DNA of 40,406 nucleotides, from positions 1-40,406 of the forward strand of contig JAAYJM010000195.1 in NCBI GenBank assembly GCA_012522895.1. Direction: 5' to 3'. Source of the stretch: Ignavibacteria bacterium (lineage in GTDB: Bacteria > Bacteroidota > Ignavibacteria > Kapaibacteriales > UBA2268). Under the pieces are notes generated by a model, which saw nothing but the letters and a program-made list of their open reading frames with translations, was not told the DNA's origin and did no database searches. This document shows positions 19,301 to 27,650 of the stretch, one piece after another; the stretch's first letter is position 1; each line of letters starts with the position of its first letter. The translations under genes were made by a program, and so were the position numbers.

Positions 19301-22300
19301 TTTTATTGGTCTAACAAATGATGGCGGAACTAGTTGGGGAACTACCATTCCTGGCTTTGCTGCTCAACCAATTAATTTTACAGATAAAAACTTATATGGT
19401 TTATTCTGGGCAGATGCAGATAACTTATGGATTATCGGCTCCGAGGGAACTATTATTAAAGTAAGCACACTTGGTGGCTGGGAATATGTTACCTCAAATA
19501 CTTTTAACGACTTAAACTCGCTTTATTTTGTTAATGCTAATGTTGGCTATATTGTTGGAGAAGGCGCTATTGTTCTTAAAACAACTAATGGCGGAATTTC
19601 TTGGGAAGGCGATTATAGACCCGAAAACGTAGACTTTAATAAAGTTTCATTCAAATTAAATACTGGTTTTATCATTGGTGAAAACGGTGTTGTTCTTCAA
19701 ACTACAGATGCTGGTGAAACATGGGCTGAGCAAGTTTCCAACACTGATAAGGAATTATACGATCTATTTTTCGTTACACCGCAAATGGGTTATATGGTTG
19801 GTGAAAATGAGTCTGTTGAAGGAACAACTTATAATTCCAGCTTGATGATAACTCGCGATGGTGGCGCAACTTGGAATAAAGTAATCACCAGCGATACTGC
19901 AAGATTAGATGTTGTAAGATACCACCCACATCCAATGGTCAATTTACCAGAAAATGGCATTGGACTTGGTGGAGCAATCTACGTTCTTGACGTTATTAAC
20001 GCAGATAGAGCATTAAGAGAAGACAGCGTTCGCTTAAATAGAGTTAGATTCCAAGATAATAAAGCATATAGTGGCGCTGCAGTTTATTCAGATAACTACA
20101 ACTTAAACTTTATATTAACTCGTTGCTTAGTTACAGGTAACGAAGCAATCGAGCAAAACGATATTGGTATTTTGCAAAACGCAATTACCGGTCCATATAT
20201 TAGAAACCCATTGCCTGGTATTACAGAAAAGAACGTTGCTTCAAGCGATTTAGTTGGCTCAATCTTTTACGCAAACGTAATGGGTCCCTTGCCAGCTAAT
20301 ACATCTTCAATAGCAGCAAACTCAATTTATGATAACAATGCAAGATTCCTCTTCCGCTTGCCAGACGCTCCTAATACAAAAGGTGTTTTGGTTGGAACAA
20401 GTGGTATTGGCTATGGTGGAATCGATACTTTGCGTAGCAACTATTGGGGACATACCGAAGCTAATGTAAACATAGTTATTAACAACGTTCACGGTGGCTG
20501 GGCAAATGCAATTAAGGAAACATTTTTCATTCGCACAGACGATCAAAATCATTTAGGCTATATTTGGTGGAATAACGATAACCCAAGAATGAATTTATTA
20601 GAGCAAGGTCCATTTGAAAGCATTAATAGATTTAATTATCAACCGATTCCACTTCTTAACGTTCAAGGCGACGAAAACGAAGCTGCTGCAAACAGTATCC
20701 CAGAAAAACTTTTGATGTCCGGCTTTGTTTATGATATATACGATAAGGGAACAGACATTAAAACTGCTGACTATTCAAATCGCAGGATGAGCCCAATCGA
20801 AGACTTTGCGGTTGGTATTCCTCCAAAATTTGAATTATATTCTGATGCTTCTCAGCCATCAAATGGTCGCTATGTAAAGAGATATACAAGAGATCCTTTT
20901 GTTGCTGAAGCTTTAGATGAAAATTCTGAGTTGAAATATCCTTTGATTGCAATGTTGCAAGAAGAGTTTTATGCAGATAAAGATGGAACATTTTTCCATC
21001 CAGTTGGCTATCCCTTATATTTAGAAACAAAGATTGATTACGAAGGCTTTATAGACATTTCAAATCATGACCCAAGAGCTTTGAATGAAACTGTATTCTT
21101 CGTGGTTAATGAAAGCACTGGCGATTATATAAGAGTAAATATGAGGCAATTTTCAGAAGACGCAGTTCAAGGTTTAGCAGATGCAAGAAGTTTGTTTAGA
21201 GCAAGAGTAGAATTAGTGCCAGACTCTACAAACCGTTCTTCATCAGTTATTAAGCCTGGCTTAGCAAGACGTATTTCTGAAGGCTTGCCAACTTATGGAA
21301 GCTTATTCCAATTGCTTGATAGTTTAAACAGAAATCCTTACAATGAAGATGCTGCCACACTTCTTGGTAGAAAATACTATGAAAGCACAACTTCATTTGC
21401 AAATAAGACTAACTTATTTAGCAATAGACCAGATATGCCGCAAGCTGACCAAGGCAAGCAAACATTCTTTGCTGGCGAAAGGTATACAGCTTTGCCAGTA
21501 AATGTTGGCGACTCTATTTATATTATATCAAGGTCTTACTTATGGCAACACGGACCAAGTGAAGCTATTGCCAAAGGCTTGCATTTTGTAATTAGTGGTT
21601 CAGTTAATCCTCCCGATTACACTGGCGATATTCCAGCTTTGGGAGAAAGAAAAATTATTGGTATAGTTCCATCAGAATATCCTTGGAAGAGGGATCTTGG
21701 TCTTTCAGATACTATTTGGAATGATGATTTTATTAACAAAGTGCATTTGACTGAAAATCGCGTTTATCCTGTAAGAAAAGGTTCTTATAGCGATCCGAAT
21801 AGCATTTATTATACACTGCATGATGATGAAGCTGCAAGAGGCTTGAACACTGGCGATATGAAAGGACGCGACTCTATTTTAGCGGTAACCGCAGTAGATT
21901 TGAATAATTTTATTGACCCAATGTCCCTGTTGATTCCAACAGAATACACAAACTTATCTTATATGTATAAGTTTGATCGCAATAATGCACTTTTATACTG
22001 GCTCTGGGCTAAGATGATTCCAAGTTCATCTCCAGAAAAGGACGGTGCCGCTGGCTGGATGCAATTTAATGGCAAGCCAATTAACCCATTTGTAGTTCCG
22101 GAAGGCGAATGGCTTACTGTCCGAGTTGACAATTATCCTCCACACTGGAGAACTGTTGATAAGCTAAAGAAATTATCTGACTTAGATGAAGACTATATTA
22201 GCAAATTTATCAATTTATTTAGACCATATTTAAACGCACCTTTATATACAGGTTACTTAGCTCGTTTCTTACAGGCAGATACAATTGATGTCGGTTCAAA

Positions 22301-24515
22301 CTATCATTCACTTGATTTTAAATTCAACATAACTGTTGTTAACGAACCACCTAAATTCTTGCCACATAAGTCACCAAGGGCTTTGAATCCAACTCCAGTA
22401 ACCAGACCTAATTTAGACGTTACAAGACAGCAAATGCAAAATAATAACTTTGTAGTAGATGCAACTACCATTGTAGTTGATACAATTTTCTACCAAGATT
22501 CTTATTATACTTGCGACACTACTTTAGACGGAAAATTGATTGGTAACGTTACTGATAAGTTAAGATTCCAGGCAGACTTTAATACAGACGATGAAATGGA
22601 AGATGCTTATGCAGCGAGACTTGATTGGGAATTCCCCTTTGGTAGATTGAATTACTCTTTAATTGATAGACCTAACTTTATGGGGCCCCAATATCTTTAT
22701 GTTTATGGCTCTGATACTGATCTAGATCCTTTTGCTGTCGATCTTACTACTTATGGCAAGGTTAATATTAGAATTCCAGCTGCAGAGGCAAGACAGCTTC
22801 TAAAACCAGTTAATCAATATAATAGATATTTGGTCAATGATACCGTCTTTACTATTTTAGCTGAAGATGGTCATGGTGGTTTAACAAGTTTAAATGTTAA
22901 ACTGTTCATTAACTACGCTCCTGAAATTATAACCCAAACTCTTCCAGATGCTAAAGAAGATTATGATTATAATCCTGGATTGCTCGATAGCGCAAAAATG
23001 ATTAACGTGTTTGACGCTAACTTTGGGCAAGAGCATAGATATGAACTCGTTTATGAAGATTATCCATTTGACCAATTAGATAGAGACCCATGCTTTGCTG
23101 AAGCTGGAGTTTGGGACTTATCTGGAATGAAAACTACTCCTAAATGGCTCAAAATAAATGAGACAAGCGGTTTACTTTATGGAGTCCCAAGCATTGGGAA
23201 CGCTCCAAAGGATGAGCAAGTTACTGTCGTTGTTTGGGATATGATTGATGGCGAAAGAAAAATACCAGTTGTTAAGACATTTAACCTGTTTGTCGATTCA
23301 ACTAATCATGCGCCTCATTTTGTATCTTCTCCAGCAGTCCAATGTATTGATTATGGAAAACCTTATGAGGATTTCTTAGTTGTAAGCGATAGAGATTTGC
23401 TTAGAGCAAATATCGATGGCAGAACAGCTGAAGAGCTAACAGTAACTGTTACTCAACCAACAAGTGGCTTGAGCGCACAATTTATTGGCGGAGGAAAGAG
23501 CCCACAAGGAGACGAATACGATACAATTAGAGTATGGACAGATAACTTTGATTTGCCTCGCGATTCTGATGGTAAAATCACAATTAAAATTGAAGTAAAA
23601 GACAAAGCAAATAATAGAGTTGAATTAGTATATCGCTTGAAGATGTCAGATCTTACTAATTTTGTTGCAACTATTAAAGTTGAGAACTCAAGACCAGACG
23701 GTAGCCCAGGTGCATTCCAGCTCTTAGAATTTGGAACTGCAAATCCACAAACAGGCGTAACTACTGGTGATGGTTCTGACAACAACCCTGTTGGTATATT
23801 AGACTACAATTTCTGCGAATTTGAATTGCCACCAATACCAAATCAAGATATTTTTGATGTAAGATGGCAAATCCCACAAACTAACGGAACTTTAAGGAAT
23901 ATTTATCCTAAGGGTTCGGCAACTGAAGGCTCTTACATATACAGAGGTATTTTCCAAGCTGGTGGTGAAAAAGGCAATACCGGTATATACTACCCAATTC
24001 ATATTAGCTGGAATAGAACTGAAATTCCTCAAAAAGCTCAAGCAAGTGATCCAACTTGGTGGATTGGGGACGCTATTTCACTCGGCAACTATTTTAGCTA
24101 CAATATGAGCACAGGTGAAGGACGCAAGACATCAGATATTCAATACAGCATAACTGATGACGTTTGCAAGATTTCAATTGCAAGTGATGTTGTTAATGCT
24201 TTTGTAATTTATTACGATTGGACGAGCAGCGTTGATCAGCCAATCGCTGGCTTAGAAACTGCAATTACATCAATTTCACCTAACCCATTCGATGGAAATA
24301 CTAATATTCATTTTGAGATTGGAAAATCCAGCAAAGTTAGAATTGAAGTAGTTGATCAACTTGGAAATGTTGTCGCTTTAATATCAGACGCAGATTACAC
24401 ACCAGGACAATATACAATTAATTGGAACGCAAAAGACCTATCAAGTGGAACGTATACTTGTAGAATGGTTGCTGGCTCAGTTACATCAGCTTACAAAATG
24501 ATAATTGTAAAATAG
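16350..24515 (+). CDS. Giant (2721 aa) T9SS-secreted protein: GGA(I/V)-repeat beta-helix, YCF48/BNR-like beta-propeller, Ig/cadherin-like domains, type-A C-terminal sorting domain
   Basis: GGAGGT SD and signal peptide. About 12 GG/GA-A(I/V/M) repeats, most with nearby FxxN motifs. T-x-D/N-G-G-x-x-W repeats. PEIITQTLPDAKE...WLKINETSGLLYGVP. C-terminus ISPNPF...LSSGTYTCRM...KMIIVK. Confidence 0.85.
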   Translation: MHRLFRLSFLVMLFGIFLIWEADAQRPQAYISGKIEPNDVRILLKDTTYIINRDYVVAGTLIIEPGTTVLFYPNGRLIDSVGGRIIADGFSKSVYNQHPDGITPLPGHSSNLARRFTGYYDLRYFGYRSASDQTIKWTTDREKTIHSDKYNLVYNLLLDTAQRKISTPRPGIIPAANQIWISYEEAIMFTAAKLHTFDPVKNLYPLDSARLSIKTGRINFIGQPVDNFSREWGHIIILPGAGISFFRNCTFDGFRKDTTVDRTNYYGYEAFANHGNWMDMPTWQVDNLNNRMRVLTNGSGGAITTFSSRTWLIDCEFKNNMARHRGGAVQFLQAPNGLPTDPAFAFTNFYPAIKNPNITERDGAPSNVNAFVPVIDYLDEQFPEPVLSSFPLAANQLDFARQAYDDGRMSIFLGRFRNITFTNNKVLLSNIGQKAVGTPPVLIVTDLDNEAGIQKDGRNTAAGGAMYIYGSNPLEIGLGVNNSIYIKAADGVTDELLTFEDDTFEALNNNATSYQPVLERVPTQQGAVGGAVYVGNLNLDNPYLVNDATSLIVAGAFKNNSTVTPYINEDVEELDIAANFSKGGAIYTNSDFADARLQVRGGPARVRTANETEFINNSSGVGGAIYVEAIWGNQQSPVLGGHDVKSLAAQLNDYPRDYGFNVLFQNNAAQYFGGAIYTERSPVITGAGGIDGLSSMGYGGVRHIRFIENTARYAGGAIDVDLSNRGLLPEFRAVQIIRAEFSENKVGFNSEISADNKAIIRGGGAIYSVDADINLVKGTEFRANKVMNGNGAAIALIRPIREIKRFFLTDLDNVVFDPLLNNIATNFVSNDDVFTFKPSPYPAQTGMLTRFLDNEIVVENELLESQSGSGTTQIEVPGTIVRNDDLFAITFLNQETGFAVGENGTIVKITEEGTKWEYVSAAPTSYYTDIAFVTNNIGYATSVDGFLARTVDGGMNWAPWIFSGSQLNAIAFNGSKGAVIGNDGFIGLTNDGGTSWGTTIPGFAAQPINFTDKNLYGLFWADADNLWIIGSEGTIIKVSTLGGWEYVTSNTFNDLNSLYFVNANVGYIVGEGAIVLKTTNGGISWEGDYRPENVDFNKVSFKLNTGFIIGENGVVLQTTDAGETWAEQVSNTDKELYDLFFVTPQMGYMVGENESVEGTTYNSSLMITRDGGATWNKVITSDTARLDVVRYHPHPMVNLPENGIGLGGAIYVLDVINADRALREDSVRLNRVRFQDNKAYSGAAVYSDNYNLNFILTRCLVTGNEAIEQNDIGILQNAITGPYIRNPLPGITEKNVASSDLVGSIFYANVMGPLPANTSSIAANSIYDNNARFLFRLPDAPNTKGVLVGTSGIGYGGIDTLRSNYWGHTEANVNIVINNVHGGWANAIKETFFIRTDDQNHLGYIWWNNDNPRMNLLEQGPFESINRFNYQPIPLLNVQGDENEAAANSIPEKLLMSGFVYDIYDKGTDIKTADYSNRRMSPIEDFAVGIPPKFELYSDASQPSNGRYVKRYTRDPFVAEALDENSELKYPLIAMLQEEFYADKDGTFFHPVGYPLYLETKIDYEGFIDISNHDPRALNETVFFVVNESTGDYIRVNMRQFSEDAVQGLADARSLFRARVELVPDSTNRSSSVIKPGLARRISEGLPTYGSLFQLLDSLNRNPYNEDAATLLGRKYYESTTSFANKTNLFSNRPDMPQADQGKQTFFAGERYTALPVNVGDSIYIISRSYLWQHGPSEAIAKGLHFVISGSVNPPDYTGDIPALGERKIIGIVPSEYPWKRDLGLSDTIWNDDFINKVHLTENRVYPVRKGSYSDPNSIYYTLHDDEAARGLNTGDMKGRDSILAVTAVDLNNFIDPMSLLIPTEYTNLSYMYKFDRNNALLYWLWAKMIPSSSPEKDGAAGWMQFNGKPINPFVVPEGEWLTVRVDNYPPHWRTVDKLKKLSDLDEDYISKFINLFRPYLNAPLYTGYLARFLQADTIDVGSNYHSLDFKFNITVVNEPPKFLPHKSPRALNPTPVTRPNLDVTRQQMQNNNFVVDATTIVVDTIFYQDSYYTCDTTLDGKLIGNVTDKLRFQADFNTDDEMEDAYAARLDWEFPFGRLNYSLIDRPNFMGPQYLYVYGSDTDLDPFAVDLTTYGKVNIRIPAAEARQLLKPVNQYNRYLVNDTVFTILAEDGHGGLTSLNVKLFINYAPEIITQTLPDAKEDYDYNPGLLDSAKMINVFDANFGQEHRYELVYEDYPFDQLDRDPCFAEAGVWDLSGMKTTPKWLKINETSGLLYGVPSIGNAPKDEQVTVVVWDMIDGERKIPVVKTFNLFVDSTNHAPHFVSSPAVQCIDYGKPYEDFLVVSDRDLLRANIDGRTAEELTVTVTQPTSGLSAQFIGGGKSPQGDEYDTIRVWTDNFDLPRDSDGKITIKIEVKDKANNRVELVYRLKMSDLTNFVATIKVENSRPDGSPGAFQLLEFGTANPQTGVTTGDGSDNNPVGILDYNFCEFELPPIPNQDIFDVRWQIPQTNGTLRNIYPKGSATEGSYIYRGIFQAGGEKGNTGIYYPIHISWNRTEIPQKAQASDPTWWIGDAISLGNYFSYNMSTGEGRKTSDIQYSITDDVCKISIASDVVNAFVIYYDWTSSVDQPIAGLETAITSISPNPFDGNTNIHFEIGKSSKVRIEVVDQLGNVVALISDADYTPGQYTINWNAKDLSSGTYTCRMVAGSVTSAYKMIIVK

Positions 24516-24523
24516 TCATAAAA

Positions 24524-24551
24524 ATGCAGGTATCTTTAAGGATACCTGCAT
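24524..24551 (+). other. Perfect 11-bp intergenic stem-loop (processing/stabiliser element or weak terminator)
   Basis: ATGCAGGTATC-TTTAAG-GATACCTGCAT, with no clean poly-T tail. Confidence 0.65.
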
Positions 24552-24592
24552 AATTAATTATGAAAATAATTTATAAATATATGGAGAAAAAT

Positions 24593-26413
24593 ATGAAGAA
24601 ATACCTATCATTTATGCTCGGGGCTTTGTTTATGCTTGGAATTTTAATTTCATTGCCTGCAACAGCCCAAGTTTATAGTGAATTTGAGCCACCTGTCAAT
24701 GTCAAAAAAGGTAGTTACACCGACCTTGTTAACGATGTGTACATTCCGCACTCCTCGTTTACTCGTGTGTCTTCTGCAATTAACGATACGATAAATGGAT
24801 ATGCTCAGATTCCAATCGGCTTTGAATTTGAATTCAATGGGAATTCATACTCGAATCTTTGGGTTTGCGTTAATGGTTTTGTTACTTTCAACAATCCACT
24901 TTCGCTTGCTCAAGATCTGCCAGATGGACTTTTTACTTTCGATGACGCTCGTTTTCAAAATAACGTGATTGCTCCTTATTGGGGAAATCACTGCTATAGA
25001 GCATCTTCAAGAATTTCTTATAAACAAGAAGAAAACAATACTATTTTGACAGTTCAATGGCAAAATTTGAACGTCAATAGCCCTATTGATCCAACAAGAG
25101 TTGCATCTTTTCAAGTAAAACTTTACAAATCGACCGATGCAAGCTCAAAGCAAGGAAATATAGAATTTAGCTACAGCTCAGTTGGAATGAACGTCGGAAC
25201 TGGCGCCGCTGTTGGAATTAAAGGCGGAAACTTTAACGACTTTTTAAATGCTTTGCAGTATTACAATCCAAGTCAAGCAGCCATTGCAACAACTAAAACA
25301 TTGATTTTCCCACCTACAGGCGCAACAGATAGTATTTTCTTGTTTAGACCTACCATTAGATACAGAGATACATCTAATTGGGGTGATGGTGATGTCGATA
25401 TGTCAAAGAACTTTGCTCACGCTGGAATGCCACAGAATCGTTATGTAACAATTAATGACGCTTACATAATTTTAAATTCAATTGCTACAAGAACACCTTT
25501 AGACAGTGTTCACGGACGTCAAGCATTCCACGGAGACGTAAATCATAATGGCCGTTATTATTATGATTTAGCTCAAAACAAAAAAGTGAAAATTCCTTGG
25601 AGAGACCTGTATTACGATCAAAATATTAACGTTCCACCTTATGTGAATGTTCCATCAAAAAATAATATATTTTTCGAGGTAACCGAATATGACGCCGCAT
25701 TAATACTGCACTATCTAAGCGCAAGATTGCCAAAATTACCTTGGCTAATTGATACAATCGTCCAGTTCGGAAAAAACATTCCACAAGATTTAGTTGCAAA
25801 TAATCTTTCATTAGGAGAAATCACAAAAGTTGGAGATAACAGATACACATTCCCACTTTTCTTAAATGGTTTTTATAATGGAACTATTGCTTCTAAATTA
25901 GAGTTAAACGCTAATATAATAGAGGTAGAATCAAATATTAGCTCTGAGAACTTTTTGATTGATTATTCAAATAATCTTCTTGTATTTGCTGGTTCTGGCG
26001 AATTTGATAAATCATCGCCCATGGCATATATTACAATTTCAAGCTCAGAAAAAGATTTGAATATTAGCGATCTCACATTTAATGATAATGAACTTGGAAA
26101 CCAAAGCTATCGCTTGCCTTTGGAACAAAGCTCAAGCAATGCTTTGCTTTTGCAAAACAGTCCAAATCCATTTGCAAATAGCACAAGTATTATTGTTAAT
26201 ATTGCTGAAGATGCTAATTACACACTTTCAATCTATGACCTTTCTGGCAATAGAATTAAAGTATTAGCAAATGAATTTTTAAGTGCTGGGCAATACTCAT
26301 ATCATTTTGATGGAGTTGATTCAAATGGAAATCAATTAAGCAACGGTATGTATATTTATAAACTTACCAGTGCTAATACTTCTGTTTCTATGAAAATGAT
26401 GCTTAATAGATAA
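24593..26413 (+). CDS. T9SS-secreted protein: NIDO-like domain + dockerin-like module + cohesin-like segment + CTD
   Basis: ATG at 24593 has GGAG upstream and starts a signal peptide (track start 24560). IPIGFEFEFNG...NGFVTF...IAPYW...FQVKLY; GDVD...VTINDAYIIL and GDVNHNG...VTEYDAALILHYL; QNSPNPF...LSNGMYIYKL. Confidence 0.8.
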   Translation: MKKYLSFMLGALFMLGILISLPATAQVYSEFEPPVNVKKGSYTDLVNDVYIPHSSFTRVSSAINDTINGYAQIPIGFEFEFNGNSYSNLWVCVNGFVTFNNPLSLAQDLPDGLFTFDDARFQNNVIAPYWGNHCYRASSRISYKQEENNTILTVQWQNLNVNSPIDPTRVASFQVKLYKSTDASSKQGNIEFSYSSVGMNVGTGAAVGIKGGNFNDFLNALQYYNPSQAAIATTKTLIFPPTGATDSIFLFRPTIRYRDTSNWGDGDVDMSKNFAHAGMPQNRYVTINDAYIILNSIATRTPLDSVHGRQAFHGDVNHNGRYYYDLAQNKKVKIPWRDLYYDQNINVPPYVNVPSKNNIFFEVTEYDAALILHYLSARLPKLPWLIDTIVQFGKNIPQDLVANNLSLGEITKVGDNRYTFPLFLNGFYNGTIASKLELNANIIEVESNISSENFLIDYSNNLLVFAGSGEFDKSSPMAYITISSSEKDLNISDLTFNDNELGNQSYRLPLEQSSSNALLLQNSPNPFANSTSIIVNIAEDANYTLSIYDLSGNRIKVLANEFLSAGQYSYHFDGVDSNGNQLSNGMYIYKLTSANTSVSMKMMLNR

Positions 26414-26419
26414 ATCGAA

Positions 26420-27622
26420 ATGTTTTATCGTGTTTTTAATATAATAATTATTGTGTGGTTGCTTTTTCTAAGTAGCCACACAATAATATTAACAAAAGAA
26501 GCGATGACGGTGCAGCTGAAAAGCAATAATCTTGTTGATGTCTGCGGAAACAAAAAAAATTCAGTTATCGTTTATATTGACATTGGAAATATTTTAAAAA
26601 GCGATTCTTTAGCTGGGTATAATTTTGAATTGCTGTATAATGATGAAAAGCTAAAGTTTAATACAGCGCTGGCAACAGGCTCTTTGACAGAAGGAATAAG
26701 TGCAAAGGATTTCAATTTTGCCGATCCTGGAAAAATATTCGGCTATGCCCTTAAAACAAACGGGTTGATAGAGGGTAATAAGCCGCTAATAGCTTTTCTT
26801 GGTGATTATAAAGGCGATTGCCCCGATAGCGCTTTTGTTAATATTTCGTTCATTGAATTTACAGAATATTTTAAAAAGAAAGCTGATACATTAAAAAATT
26901 GCTTTGTCGAAGCACTTGTTTTTGAAAAAGATGAAAGATTTCTTTCTTCTCAATTTGAGCTGGATTCTATAATAATTCCTTTTGAGGAAAACACTGTTTC
27001 TTCAAAAGTTATGATTTATAGCTATGATGACGCAAGATTGGATACAGTTGATTTTCAAATTAATATATCGGACATAGAAAGGTTTGAAGTTCAAAGCATC
27101 AGCTCTAATACGGATAACATAGAAATTTTAGATTTTAATTCTGAAACAGGGATTTTAAGGACAGTTGTAGATGCTTCTATAAAAGAGGACGATTGGTTCA
27201 TTATTGAGTTGAACGAGAAGTTGAAGGATGAAAATTCCGTTCAATTGAATATTGCACCAATCAAGATAAACGATTGCTCATGCATTAGTTTTCTTAGAGG
27301 AAGCAAACAAATTTTAAAAAGTGAAATTAAAGATACAACTTCAACTGAGGATACAACGGCAAATAGCGTTTATATCAAGCACTTTAAAGAGATTGAAAGT
27401 TTTTATAACAAAGCCTTAGAAGAATTTGTCATTTTAGATAAGAATATGGAGCTTGAAAGTGTATCGCTTATGACATTAGAAGGTAAAATATTGCAAAAGA
27501 AAGATTTACTTAATAGACAAAATAGATATAGTATTGATGTCTCAAACTATGCAAATGGTTTGTTCCTTGTTCAGCTAAAAAACAGAAATGTGATAAAGAA
27601 TATATTATTAATAAAATATTAA
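26420..27622 (+). CDS. Exported protein with cohesin-like N-terminal domain and degenerate T9SS-like C-terminus
   Basis: Signal/TM segment, LAGYNFELLYNDEKLKF...GSLT...PLIAF, and C-terminal LEGKIL...IDVSNYANGLFLVQL. Confidence 0.65.
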   Translation: MFYRVFNIIIIVWLLFLSSHTIILTKEAMTVQLKSNNLVDVCGNKKNSVIVYIDIGNILKSDSLAGYNFELLYNDEKLKFNTALATGSLTEGISAKDFNFADPGKIFGYALKTNGLIEGNKPLIAFLGDYKGDCPDSAFVNISFIEFTEYFKKKADTLKNCFVEALVFEKDERFLSSQFELDSIIIPFEENTVSSKVMIYSYDDARLDTVDFQINISDIERFEVQSISSNTDNIEILDFNSETGILRTVVDASIKEDDWFIIELNEKLKDENSVQLNIAPIKINDCSCISFLRGSKQILKSEIKDTTSTEDTTANSVYIKHFKEIESFYNKALEEFVILDKNMELESVSLMTLEGKILQKKDLLNRQNRYSIDVSNYANGLFLVQLKNRNVIKNILLIKY

Positions 27623-27650
27623 ATTATAATTGTTTTATATGGAGGTTCTT

